The notes: a model not told the origin generated them from the sequence alone. A stretch of DNA of 15,220 bases from Nitrososphaerota archaeon (GCA_003135575.1 PLCG01000104.1:15631-30850), one strand, 5' to 3'. Counted from the stretch's first letter, positions 1 through 7,161 are shown. Made by a program: numbers and translations.

Positions 1-65
1 GTTGACAGAACAAGATTGAAGTCAGGGCAAAAGCTATCTCCTTGCAGGCTCTCGTTATCTGATGG

Positions 66-332
66 ATGAAGAGAATCCTTCGAGTCGGAATGGTCATAGG
101 GATTATCGGAGTCATGTTCTTCTTCGTCCCTTGGGTTCAGACCGTGAATTTGAGTTGGGGCAGAGGACAGACAGTCGGCTGGGTGTCCCCGTCGTTCGCT
201 GTTCTCCAGTGCGGGGTCGCCACAGGCGGATATGCAGTTGAGGTGCCCAACGGTGCCACAGTCAATGGCGTGGAGCCGCTCTGGGCAAAGTTCTCGGGCT
301 GGAACTGCGAATTTCCTCACCTGATGGCCTGA
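66..332 (+). CDS. small secreted/membrane-anchored protein
   Basis: ATG ORF of 88 aa. Basic N-terminus MKRILR is followed by about 20 hydrophobic residues (VGMVIGIIGVMFFFVPWV). The string CGVATGGYAV resembles CSATGGPGYSV in the 7732-8358 protein. Confidence 0.55.
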   Translation: MKRILRVGMVIGIIGVMFFFVPWVQTVNLSWGRGQTVGWVSPSFAVLQCGVATGGYAVEVPNGATVNGVEPLWAKFSGWNCEFPHLMA

Positions 333-375
333 CCCGACGGTTACCAGCCTCTTCCCTGACCCGCTAGGTTACCAG
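328..375. repeat. two tandem copies of CCTGACCCG-N(2-3)-GGTTACCAG
   Basis: CCTGACCCGacGGTTACCAG at 328-347 and CCTGACCCGctaGGTTACCAG at 355-375. They start at the stop codon of the 66-332 ORF and lie upstream of the 409/469 ORF. Confidence 0.9.
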
Positions 376-408
376 AACCGGAGAACAAGTGGATAACCAT
401 AATACAGA

Positions 409-1008
409 ATGCCACGAAAAGCATGCCAAATGAAGATACCGAACCGTGAAAGAAAACCAAGGAGGAGAATGCTTCTGGACTTCGCTCTCCTTGAGGTCGT
501 CGTGGTCGTAGTTACCCTCACCCTCATCCAAGCTACTGGGTTAGGGGCATATGCGGGGTTCTTCGCCGGTGTCATTGCTGCCTCAGCGGCTGCTCTTGGA
601 AGCGTGGTATTTCGAAGCGGCATTGAAAAGCCAACGTCAGCTCTATTGGTGATTGTAGTCATTCTCGCGGCTGGACTGGCCGTCGCGGCAGGTCAAGCCC
701 TATCCTTGGGCAATCAGGTCTCGACCCTCAAAGAGTCCGGACGCTCCTACTGCGCGATGGTCAATAGAGGCATCGCGGAGATATACGCCTTGTTCTCGAA
801 CACGACTCAGACTCTCCATCAGCAGATTGCGAATGACACTTCGATGATTTCGATGCTCAACGCCAGCAAGCCCGCCGGTTACGAAGGGATGGTCGCCACG
901 CTCGACAGTCAGATTTCTCAAGACCGAGCGCTGGAAGCGAGTTTCCCTCCCGAAACCACCCATCTCGACACCCTCGTCGGTGGCTTTTGCGCATTGGTCA
1001 ACCAATAA
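409..1008 (+). CDS. membrane protein (2-3 TM) with soluble C-terminal domain
   Basis: 199-aa ORF. The more likely start is ATG 469, preceded by AGGAGG at 460-465. It has hydrophobic helices (LLEVVVVVVTLTLI, AGFFAGVIAASAAALGSVV, ALLVIVVILAAGLAVAAG) and three N-x-S/T sequons (NTT, NDT, NAS) in the C-terminal part. Confidence 0.6.
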   Translation: MPRKACQMKIPNRERKPRRRMLLDFALLEVVVVVVTLTLIQATGLGAYAGFFAGVIAASAAALGSVVFRSGIEKPTSALLVIVVILAAGLAVAAGQALSLGNQVSTLKESGRSYCAMVNRGIAEIYALFSNTTQTLHQQIANDTSMISMLNASKPAGYEGMVATLDSQISQDRALEASFPPETTHLDTLVGGFCALVNQ

Positions 1009-1016
1009 CCGCATAG

Positions 1017-1478
1017 ATGGCGGCTCACGACCCGGGCAGTTACCACCCTCACACCGAACCCGCAAAGTTACCAGAACCCGTGAGTCGTTCCAAAACCTAT
1101 TATCAGACCAGCCCGGGAGCACGCACGCTAGATCCGATGAGCTCTCTGACCAAGCTCAAGCTGATGCTGGCGATGATGGCGAGCAAAGTCCAGCCAAGAA
1201 AGAGACGCGTCGACTTCGGGGCGCCGAGCCCTCACAGCCAACGATGGGACGAGAGGGAGAGGACAGAATCGGCCCGGGCGCAGCAGATCGGGTACTCCGG
1301 TCGAGCCTTCAACATGAGGGTCTTGGCGCTCATCGGCGTGATGTTCGCTGTCTCCCTGTTGGCCGACCTCTTTCTATCCCGTATCATGGGCACCGCCGTG
1401 GGCTTGGTTCTCTTGGGCGGGGCGCTCGCGTACATGCTCTATGTCCGACAAAAACGCTCCTCATATCGGATGATGTAG
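1017..1478 (+). CDS. hypothetical protein with C-terminal 2-TM hairpin (start uncertain)
   Basis: 153-aa ORF. Only the last ~54 aa (MRVLALIGVMFAVSLLADLFLSRIMGTAVGLVLLGGALAYMLYV) look clearly protein-like, so alternative starts are ATG 1137 or ATG 1314. It competes with the Arg-rich 980-1807 ORF, which I regard as spurious. Confidence 0.4.
   Translation: MAAHDPGSYHPHTEPAKLPEPVSRSKTYYQTSPGARTLDPMSSLTKLKLMLAMMASKVQPRKRRVDFGAPSPHSQRWDERERTESARAQQIGYSGRAFNMRVLALIGVMFAVSLLADLFLSRIMGTAVGLVLLGGALAYMLYVRQKRSSYRMM
1029..1080. repeat. two further copies of the GACCCG-N4-GTTACCA(G) motif
   Basis: GACCCGggcaGTTACCA at 1029-1045 and GAACCCGcaaaGTTACCAG at 1056-1074. The 12-mer GTTACCAGAACC at 1067-1078 is identical to 368-379. 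They lie just downstream of the stop at 1006-1008. Confidence 0.85.
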
Positions 1479-1496
1479 GCCCTCTCCACGCCGGGA

Positions 1497-1519
1497 TTCT
1501 ATCCTCTTGGAGAATAGAA
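1497..1519. terminator. hairpin between convergent genes
   Basis: TTCTAT (1497-1502) and ATAGAA (1514-1519) form an inverted repeat in the 44-nt gap between the stops at 1478 (+) and 1523 (-). Confidence 0.25.
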
Positions 1520-1522
1520 CGC

Positions 1523-1963
1523 CTAGACATTAGGAGGGCAGTTCGCGGAGAACTGGAAGAAGAACTCCGTTGCAGGAGGCGGCGAATACGAAATGTCCGA
1601 CCCCATACACCACAGATACTCCGTGACCGACTCGATCTGTGTGACACTGGAGCATCCATGAAAGTTGCAAACGGACCCGCTACTCTGGCCGCTCGGAAGC
1701 GTTTGGATGGCCGGCGCGAAGAACAGCACTACGACTCCGATCAACATGATCGCCGCGAGTCTTTTCTCCCCCACAACAAGCTTCGTACTCTTTGTGATAT
1801 AGTCTAAACTCAGCGTGAGTCCGCTCAGTGCGAGTAGAAGGAGAAAAGTAGCTCCGGCGAACCAATAGAGCGACATGGACGAGGCTATGTCCAAGACAAG
1901 CACGGCTAGTGCTGTCACGAATAGCACTAGGCCGGCCTTCTGAGGTCTACGCAACAACCCCAT
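1523..1963 (-). CDS. membrane protein (3 TM) with Cys-containing extracytoplasmic tail
   Basis: ATG ORF of 146 aa with three hydrophobic helices. The C-terminal tail carries four Cys (VCNFHGC, WCMG, ANCPP). Confidence 0.6.
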   Translation of the reverse strand: MGLLRRPQKAGLVLFVTALAVLVLDIASSMSLYWFAGATFLLLLALSGLTLSLDYITKSTKLVVGEKRLAAIMLIGVVVLFFAPAIQTLPSGQSSGSVCNFHGCSSVTQIESVTEYLWCMGSDISYSPPPATEFFFQFSANCPPNV

Positions 1964-2060
1964 CCGCAGCTGATGGTTTCAGTTAAACCTGATTCTGAAT
2001 GGACGTCCAAAGCTTCACCTGTGCCTTGTCGAGCTGACGGCGCTCGTCAACTCTGTAGGA

Positions 2061-2625
2061 TTGTCCGTTTGGTGCAAGTTCTTTTCGAACTTATCATCCG
2101 CCTCTAGGCATTTCGTGGACATAACATCAGGCGTGCTCTTCTTGCAGCTCGCATCAGCCGCTATCCTGCCCTCTGCGAGGAGTGTCTTTGGGAATCAAAA
2201 TAGCATCGTCGCTCGAAAGATCTTCACGAGATGGCGAGTGGGGATAGTTGGCGCGGCCCTTGGAATCGCTCTTGTTCTCCCCGGCTGGTTTCTCGTCTTT
2301 CCGGTTGGATGCAACCTCGCGACATCATGTCCTGCAAGCCCCGCAGGGTCTTGGTCCACAGATTGGCCAAACGTTCTGACGCTCATCCTTGGGGCCCGAC
2401 GTAATTTCCGGAGGTTTGGGTGTCGCACTCGTCCTGCTAGGCCTGGTCCTTGCATTCCTCACGTGGCCAGCGCACAATCGAGTCCAGGCGCAGCCGCACC
2501 TAGGGGCCGGAGATCGTCGCAATGCCGGCGAAGTGCACAGGGCTGCAACCCAGCAAAGTTTGGACTCCATTGGGGCCTTGCTCCGCAGTGACGCCCCCGC
2601 TACTGCTGGGCACTTCTCTTCCTGA
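2061..2625 (+). pseudogene. small TM / CxxxxxC loop / TM protein split by a 1-nt frameshift
   Basis: Frame A reads ...VGIVGAALGIALVLPGWFLVFPVGCNLATSCPASPAGSWSTDWPNVLTLILG, then becomes Arg-rich nonsense. Frame B (the 2389-2625 ORF) reads GPDVISGGLGVALVLLGLVLAFLTW. Removing one G from the GGGG run at 2391-2394 joins them. The likely start is GTG 2238. Confidence 0.4.
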
Positions 2626-3135
2626 GAGGGAACCTGAGGGCAAACTCAGCACTACGAGGGTAATCCCCTCTCCGCAAATCTGAGACTTCGCCTGATAGCT
2701 CTTCCCGGAGTATGTCATGTTGAGCCAGAAGGCGTTTCCGGCGAGCTCGGAGGACGGAACCGAGACGAAGCCGGTACCGTTGGTGACATAATCCCATTTC
2801 CCAAGGATTGATGCGGTCTCCCTTGGCGGCGGGCAGACGGGCACGCCGGACGACCCGGGAGCGCCTTTGCATGAGCCCATGAAAGGGCAGCCGCTCACGA
2901 GCTCGCCGGTCACGGCCAGGCCCGGCATCGGCTTGCCTGTGTCAGAAACGACCTGAAGATAATAGCCTTCGCCGGGGGAGAAAGAGCAACTGTACGACTG
3001 CGCCGCGGACTGCCCCCCGTCTGCGCTCAGAATGTAGTATGCGCTGATGCTGGCCACCAGGACTACGATGACGACGCCTGCCACCAAATAGCGGCGCCTG
3101 TTGACTGGCCCACCATTCTCGTTGGACGGTTCCAT
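2500..3135 (-). CDS. signal-anchored Cys-rich extracytoplasmic protein
   Basis: ATG ORF of 211 aa. It has the N-terminal anchor RRRYLVAGVVIVVLVASISAYYIL, 7 Cys in the ectodomain and the sequons NGT and NMT. Its start lies 3 nt after the stop of the 3139-3471 ORF, which fits an operon. Confidence 0.6.
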   Translation of the reverse strand: MEPSNENGGPVNRRRYLVAGVVIVVLVASISAYYILSADGGQSAAQSYSCSFSPGEGYYLQVVSDTGKPMPGLAVTGELVSGCPFMGSCKGAPGSSGVPVCPPPRETASILGKWDYVTNGTGFVSVPSSELAGNAFWLNMTYSGKSYQAKSQICGEGITLVVLSLPSGSLSGREVPSSSGGVTAEQGPNGVQTLLGCSPVHFAGIATISGP

Positions 3136-3138
3136 ACT

Positions 3139-3471
3139 TTATCGCCTGTCTGCCTTACGCAGCAACATATCGGTTCTGTCCCATTGGCGGGTGATTTCTC
3201 CTCCCGCTTCACTGCTGATGATGAACCGCCCAACAAGAATCAAGCCAGCACCAATGACCGCCAGCAAGACGCCCGAAAAAAGAATCGGGAATCCCGACCA
3301 AAGATAGACTGGCAATTGCAAAAAGGCCTCACAGCCTCCAACAGGGACGGCGCCCGTTAGATGCTCACAATCATAGACGGAAGTGTAGATATCCCAGCCG
3401 AAAAATACGACGAAGAGCAAGCCCGCCACAAGCAATAACGCCCCTGAGACAATCAGAAGCCGGTGTTTCAA
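3139..3471 (-). CDS. small membrane protein (3 TM, Cys pair in loop)
   Basis: 110-aa ORF starting at TTG, with AGAGGAGA immediately upstream (spacing is short). It has three hydrophobic helices and the loop DCEHLTGAVPVGGCE. Confidence 0.55.
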   Translation of the reverse strand: MKHRLLIVSGALLLVAGLLFVVFFGWDIYTSVYDCEHLTGAVPVGGCEAFLQLPVYLWSGFPILFSGVLLAVIGAGLILVGRFIISSEAGGEITRQWDRTDMLLRKADRR

Positions 3472-3625
3472 TCTCCTCTGGCAAATGTGTAGTTCCGACG
3501 TTTATCCCTTGCCGCTGACATGTCGCTGGCAGAGGATGCATAGCGCTTTACGGAGTAGAACTGTCATTCGGACAAAACTACTTATGTTCCCGAGGGTACT
3601 TTTTGCACCAAAGGCGGTCTGAAAT

Positions 3626-4312
3626 ATGCGCGGCAAGATTGCGGCATACCTGGTATCGGTGGTCCTAATTACCGCGATTCTCTCTGCATACGCTGGAATG
3701 AGTCTGACCCCTCCTCGAACGTCGGTGCAGACTATCACTACCTTAGAGCCTCCTACGATTCAACAGATCACGAACACAGTGAACCAAAGCGTGACCGTGA
3801 CGTTTGAACACCCACCTGGTACGGTAGTAATCACCAGCCAAGGCCCGGGCGTCACCAGCACGACGACCCTATCAGGCACTCCTAGCACGACCACTGTGAC
3901 CCAGTACTATTGCGGGGCGGGAACCACAGTCATGAAAGTAAACGGCTCGAGCTACTGCGCTGTTGATGTCTCGAGCGACACGGTGGTCGGCAATCCGGGC
4001 TTCAGCTACTTCGTCAATGGTTCGGTCACCTTCATGGGAGTGCGCTTCCAGACCTACTGTCCGCCAAACTACTCCGGCTGTCCCGTTCCTCCGAATTACA
4101 CGACCACCACGCAGACGCTCACGACCGTGTCAATTGGGGATATGCGGTTCAACATGACTTTTCCAGACGGAAAGGTCGAAGTCGCAGGCAACGTCATCGG
4201 CGATTCATCCAGCGTACTGATGCTGTCAAGGCACGTCAATCCGATGGCCGGGATGCTGATCCAGGCCAAGCCTTATGGTTACAGCGTCTTCCTGTTGGTT
4301 CGATATGCTTAG
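3626..4312 (+). CDS. Thr-rich secreted/surface protein
   Basis: ATG ORF of 228 aa with signal-anchor KIAAYLVSVVLITAILSAYAG. It has Thr/Ser-rich runs (TSTTTLSGTPSTTTVT), six N-x-S/T sequons (NQS, NGS x2, NYS, NYT, NMT) and 4 Cys. Confidence 0.7.
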   Translation: MRGKIAAYLVSVVLITAILSAYAGMSLTPPRTSVQTITTLEPPTIQQITNTVNQSVTVTFEHPPGTVVITSQGPGVTSTTTLSGTPSTTTVTQYYCGAGTTVMKVNGSSYCAVDVSSDTVVGNPGFSYFVNGSVTFMGVRFQTYCPPNYSGCPVPPNYTTTTQTLTTVSIGDMRFNMTFPDGKVEVAGNVIGDSSSVLMLSRHVNPMAGMLIQAKPYGYSVFLLVRYA

Positions 4313-4335
4313 CTTGTCCTAGAGGTGAAGAGCTA

Positions 4336-4587
4336 ATGGATCGATTTCAGTTCACGCGCATCAGCCCAGCCTTGGCAATTATCGGCGTAGTGCTGGTCAT
4401 TGTCGGGATTGCCATTGTTTCCCAGGACGTAGGTTCATGCCCGATGAATGCTCCTGATTGCTTTCACACTTTTGCGGGGACCAACAGTCCGATAACACCG
4501 ATTGGAGATGCGGTCGGAGTCATCGGCGCCTTGTTTGTGGTTTCAAGCTTTGTCGTTGCGCTGACGCATCGAAGTCAGCCCAAGTAA
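4336..4587 (+). CDS. small 2-TM membrane protein with CPMNAPDC loop
   Basis: ATG ORF of 83 aa. GAGGTGA lies 7 nt upstream. It has two hydrophobic helices. Confidence 0.65.
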   Translation: MDRFQFTRISPALAIIGVVLVIVGIAIVSQDVGSCPMNAPDCFHTFAGTNSPITPIGDAVGVIGALFVVSSFVVALTHRSQPK

Positions 4588-4611
4588 TGGCAACACCAGT
4601 CTCTCTGTAAG

Positions 4612-4890
4612 TTGAACATGAGAACCGTTGTGTTCGCGGCCAGCTTCGTCTTCGGGCTCGGCATCACAATCTACGCGCTATTCGTCTGGAACAACTTCCC
4701 CGCAGACCTCTGCCTGGGTGCCCCTCCGCTTCCTTACTCCGCGGGCTGCATCAGCCTGATGCGGCCAGAGTACATGCTCGTCAACATTCTCTTGGGAGCC
4801 ATTCTAACCGTGGCCTCTCTTGGCGGATTACTTTGGACCGCCATCATCTCTCCAAGAAGACGCAAGATCACGCTCACCAACCCAAAGTAG
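4612..4890 (+). CDS. small 2-TM membrane protein with C-x11-C loop
   Basis: 92-aa ORF. The listed start is TTG 4612, but ATG 4618 (MRTVVFAASF...) is more likely. The loop reads LCLGAPPLPYSAGC. Confidence 0.55.
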   Translation: MNMRTVVFAASFVFGLGITIYALFVWNNFPADLCLGAPPLPYSAGCISLMRPEYMLVNILLGAILTVASLGGLLWTAIISPRRRKITLTNPK

Positions 4891-4903
4891 CCGTCACCAG
4901 AAG

Positions 4904-5140
4904 ATGCAACGGCATCAGAAGCGCCATCGCGGAAGGCTCTTAAGCCGTGATGACTGCAATTCCCAACGGAGTCACTTGAAGGTCAGCCTTCAGTTTTCAA
5001 CGGACGTCAATTCTCTTGTGAACCTAATCTGGTTGGTCGTGGTCATACTCGGTCTCTACTGGCTCTTCCGCACTCTACGAAGAATCGATAGAACTCTGCA
5101 AGAGGTCAAGAAGGCCGTCACCCGCAGCGCGACACCTTGA
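4904..5140 (+). CDS. small protein with basic N-terminus and a single C-terminal TM
   Basis: This is the ATG-initiated part (78 aa) of the 4820-5140 ORF. The convincing part is NLIWLVVVILGLYWLFRTLRRIDRTLQEVKK. A shorter version from GTG 5018 is also possible. Confidence 0.35.
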   Translation: MQRHQKRHRGRLLSRDDCNSQRSHLKVSLQFSTDVNSLVNLIWLVVVILGLYWLFRTLRRIDRTLQEVKKAVTRSATP

Positions 5141-5197
5141 CGAACCACCCGAGGATGCAACAGAACCGTGCCTGGCGCACGGGCCATAAAATGGACC

Positions 5198-5233
5198 AAA
5201 AAAAGGGGAGAGGCGGATATGAATAATATCCGC
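5198..5233 (-). terminator. hairpin plus T7 tract (read on minus strand)
   Basis: Perfect 8-bp stem GCGGATAT (5213-5220) / ATATCCGC (5226-5233) with a 5-nt loop. On the minus strand it is followed, after 8 nt, by TTTTTTT (5198-5204). Confidence 0.3.
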
Positions 5234-5326
5234 ATTCATGTGAGAGCTCAGGATGGCTCTTCGCCTTCCCGGTGCTGCGAGGAGGGGTGATGACGGTTGG
5301 ATATTAGCCTAGCGACTCGACTGGGG

Positions 5327-5513
5327 TAGCAGCTCGCCACGCTCCGCTTTTCCCGCATGCATTCGATAAGCGCTCCACGCACTGGTGGGCGTATTCTGAC
5401 GATTCAACGGAAGCGGAGCATGCCACACTCAACGGCAAAGCTCTCGGAGCAAGAGCCCCGTGCTCAGCGGATATGCAGTGGTCAGGCGCGCTGCCCTATC
5501 CCAACTGTCTCCA
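5327..5513 (-). ncRNA. candidate IS-encoded guide (bridge/seek-type) RNA region
   Basis: About 190 nt of non-coding sequence lies 3' of the transposase stop, inside the repeat-bracketed element. It has a perfect 9-bp long-range stem GCTCCGCTT (5341-5349) / AAGCGGAGC (5411-5419) plus nested stems. The region 5' of the CDS is only about 10-20 nt. Confidence 0.3.
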
Positions 5514-6659
5514 CTAGGCTACGCCGCCACCTCCTCCCTTTTCGAGGTCCTCGAGCTTCTTGTTCGTGAGCGCCTCGTTCTCCCACCTCCAGTGCTCCCT
5601 CGTCTTCAGGACGTGGTAGATCATTCGGAGCAGCTTCTTCATAGTAAGGATGTGGGCTCGTTTCCCGCTTCTCGTCCTCTCCTTCTGGTGGGCGTAGTAG
5701 TGGTGCAGGTGGGGATTCCAATGCATGACCGTATCGGTCATGATTCCGAGCGTCCACCTGGCTATCGACGGACCGTCCTTGGACATCCTCCCTCGCCTCT
5801 TCACGTTCGCGCTGTCGCCGCTCTCGGGTATGATTCCGAAGAAGCTCGCTAGGTGGTCGATGGTCGGGAAGCGATTGACGTCCCTGACGTACGATGAGAG
5901 CAGCGAGGCGAGGTAGTAATCGACGCCAGGAATCGTCATGAGGAGTCTCACATCGTCATTGTCCATGACCAGAGCCATGATTCTCTCCTCGAGTGGAGTG
6001 CATCGTTCCTCGTAGAACGTGAGCTTCTCCATCATGATCTTCAGGACGAGGTCCCTGTCGTCGCCGAACCTGACCGCTCGAATGGCTTCCCTCCTCACGC
6101 CACTGAAGTTGCTGTCCGTCTTCGGGAGCGTGGGGTAGACGTCTTCCCTCTTGAGATAGCTGGTTATCGAGTTCTTTGTTCGGGTGATCTCCACGCCCAA
6201 CTTTACCCGCTGGATGAGGAGGTCTCTGAGAATCTGCTCTTCCCTCGTCAGGAGGTGCGACTCGGGGAGCATGTCCATGAAGAGGAGTCTCGCAATCTTC
6301 TCGGAGTCTGCCCGGTCGTTCTTCTTCTTTGACCTTACGATGAGAGCGAGCTCCTTCGGGTGAGCGACCGTGATGTTCTGGTATCCCATCGTCCTCAGCC
6401 TCCTGTTGACGGAATAGGCCATCATGCTCGCCTCGTACCCGATCCTCGCCTCCTTCGGTATCCTGCTGGAGAAGAGGGTATAGCCCTCGTCGTCCATGGA
6501 GAAGTTGAACCTCTCCGATATCTCACCAAGGGAAGAGTACATCGTAGCGACGCTGAACTCTTCTCCCAGATCCAGTCCTACGGCAGGTGTCCTCAACATG
6601 CTCAATCGCGTCTCTTGAGCCCTCTTCCCGTTTTTCTCTTTCTTCATCGTTCTCTTCAC
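5514..6659 (-). CDS. IS110-family (DEDD) transposase
   Basis: 381-aa ORF. The N-terminal VGLDLGEEF motif is of the VGIDVSK type. The C-terminal MTIPGVDYYLASLLSSYVRDVNRFPTIDHLASFFGIIPESGDSANVKRRGRMSKDGPSIARWTL is typical of the IS110 C-terminal domain. The listed start is GTG 6659. ATG 6647 (GGTGA 8 nt upstream) or ATG 6599 is more likely. Confidence 0.9.
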   Translation of the reverse strand: MKRTMKKEKNGKRAQETRLSMLRTPAVGLDLGEEFSVATMYSSLGEISERFNFSMDDEGYTLFSSRIPKEARIGYEASMMAYSVNRRLRTMGYQNITVAHPKELALIVRSKKKNDRADSEKIARLLFMDMLPESHLLTREEQILRDLLIQRVKLGVEITRTKNSITSYLKREDVYPTLPKTDSNFSGVRREAIRAVRFGDDRDLVLKIMMEKLTFYEERCTPLEERIMALVMDNDDVRLLMTIPGVDYYLASLLSSYVRDVNRFPTIDHLASFFGIIPESGDSANVKRRGRMSKDGPSIARWTLGIMTDTVMHWNPHLHHYYAHQKERTRSGKRAHILTMKKLLRMIYHVLKTREHWRWENEALTNKKLEDLEKGGGGGVA

Positions 6660-6670
6660 CCAATGCAGTA

Positions 6671-6698
6671 GCGACTCCCATGCCTGACTGGGAGTCGC
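6671..6698. repeat. perfect 10-bp inverted repeat (hairpin) at the transposase 5' side
   Basis: GCGACTCCCA (6671-6680), loop TGCCTGAC, TGGGAGTCGC (6689-6698). Confidence 0.95.
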
Positions 6699-6746
6699 GG
6701 GCGAAGAGCCATCCGAAAGAGAGCTCTCACAATTCAGTCAACGGCG

Positions 6747-7161
6747 TCAGAAGACCGGCTCGATGCCGAGCTTCGCGAACTTCCTGTCGGTGGTTATGGC
6801 CGAGTCAGCGCCGAACTCAAGGCCCGTCGCCGCGATGAGGGTGTCGAAGTAGGAGCCTCTCCAGGTGGCTGTCTTGGACAGCTCTGCAGCCCGTCGGAGG
6901 ACGCCGGGAGTCAGCGGCAGTACTTTGCCCGGGGAATCAGCCCGGCCACCGTCGAGTGGATACCGGCCCTCGACTCGCTGCCCTCGACTCGCTGCCCTCG
7001 CCATGCAACTTCAGCTCCAGGTCGAATTCCATGAGAGTGACCGAGGGCATCAGGATGTCCTGACTGAGGCCGATTTCTATGACGTGCTCGTTCGCCTTCT
7101 TGAAGTGTGGGTCGTTCCTGTCCCTGAAAGCGATCAGGACGACGGTGTCAATGATTCGCAT
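6747..7161 (-). pseudogene. vapC: PIN-domain VapC-type toxin, disrupted
   Basis: The N-terminal half (6937-7161) reads MRIIDTVVLIAF...LMPSVTLMEFDLELKLHG. The C-terminal half (6747-7004, other frame) reads ...KVLPLTPGVLRRAAELS...SYFDTLIAATGLEFGADSAITTDRKFAKLG. Together they make one PIN domain. The break coincides with a 14-nt tandem duplication. Confidence 0.75.
6967..6994. repeat. 14-nt tandem duplication CCCTCGACTCGCTG x2 (plus partial CCCTCG)
   Basis: Bases 6967-6980 and 6981-6994 are identical, and 6995-7000 repeats the first 6 nt. Because 14 is not a multiple of 3, the duplication shifts the vapC frame. Confidence 0.95.

Larger units (their letters stand above)
5310..6692 (-). mobile_element. 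IS110-family insertion sequence (extent inferred from flanking repeat)
   Basis: A single transposase gene is bracketed by TAGCGACTC+GACTGGG. The two halves are contiguous at 5310-5325 and split by 8 nt at 6669-6692. The span of 1383 bp is typical for the family. Exact termini cannot be set from one copy. Confidence 0.55.

Noticed and set aside
980-1807. 275-aa ORF.
   Set aside because: It is Arg-rich with low complexity. It overlaps the 1017-1478 ORF, and its 3' end lies antisense to the credible membrane gene 1523-1963.
2389-2625. A 126-nt convergent overlap between the tail of the 2061-2625 gene and the 3' end of 2500-3135.
   Set aside because: I cannot decide which tail is real. The overlap is probably an artefact of stop-free frames in GC-rich DNA, not a biological feature.
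5357-6838. ORFs 5357-5569, 5460-5852, 5482-5757, 5725-5916, 6360-6671 and 6587-6838.
   Set aside because: They are alternative-frame or antisense shadows of the IS110 transposase gene and its flanks. None has a recognisable motif.
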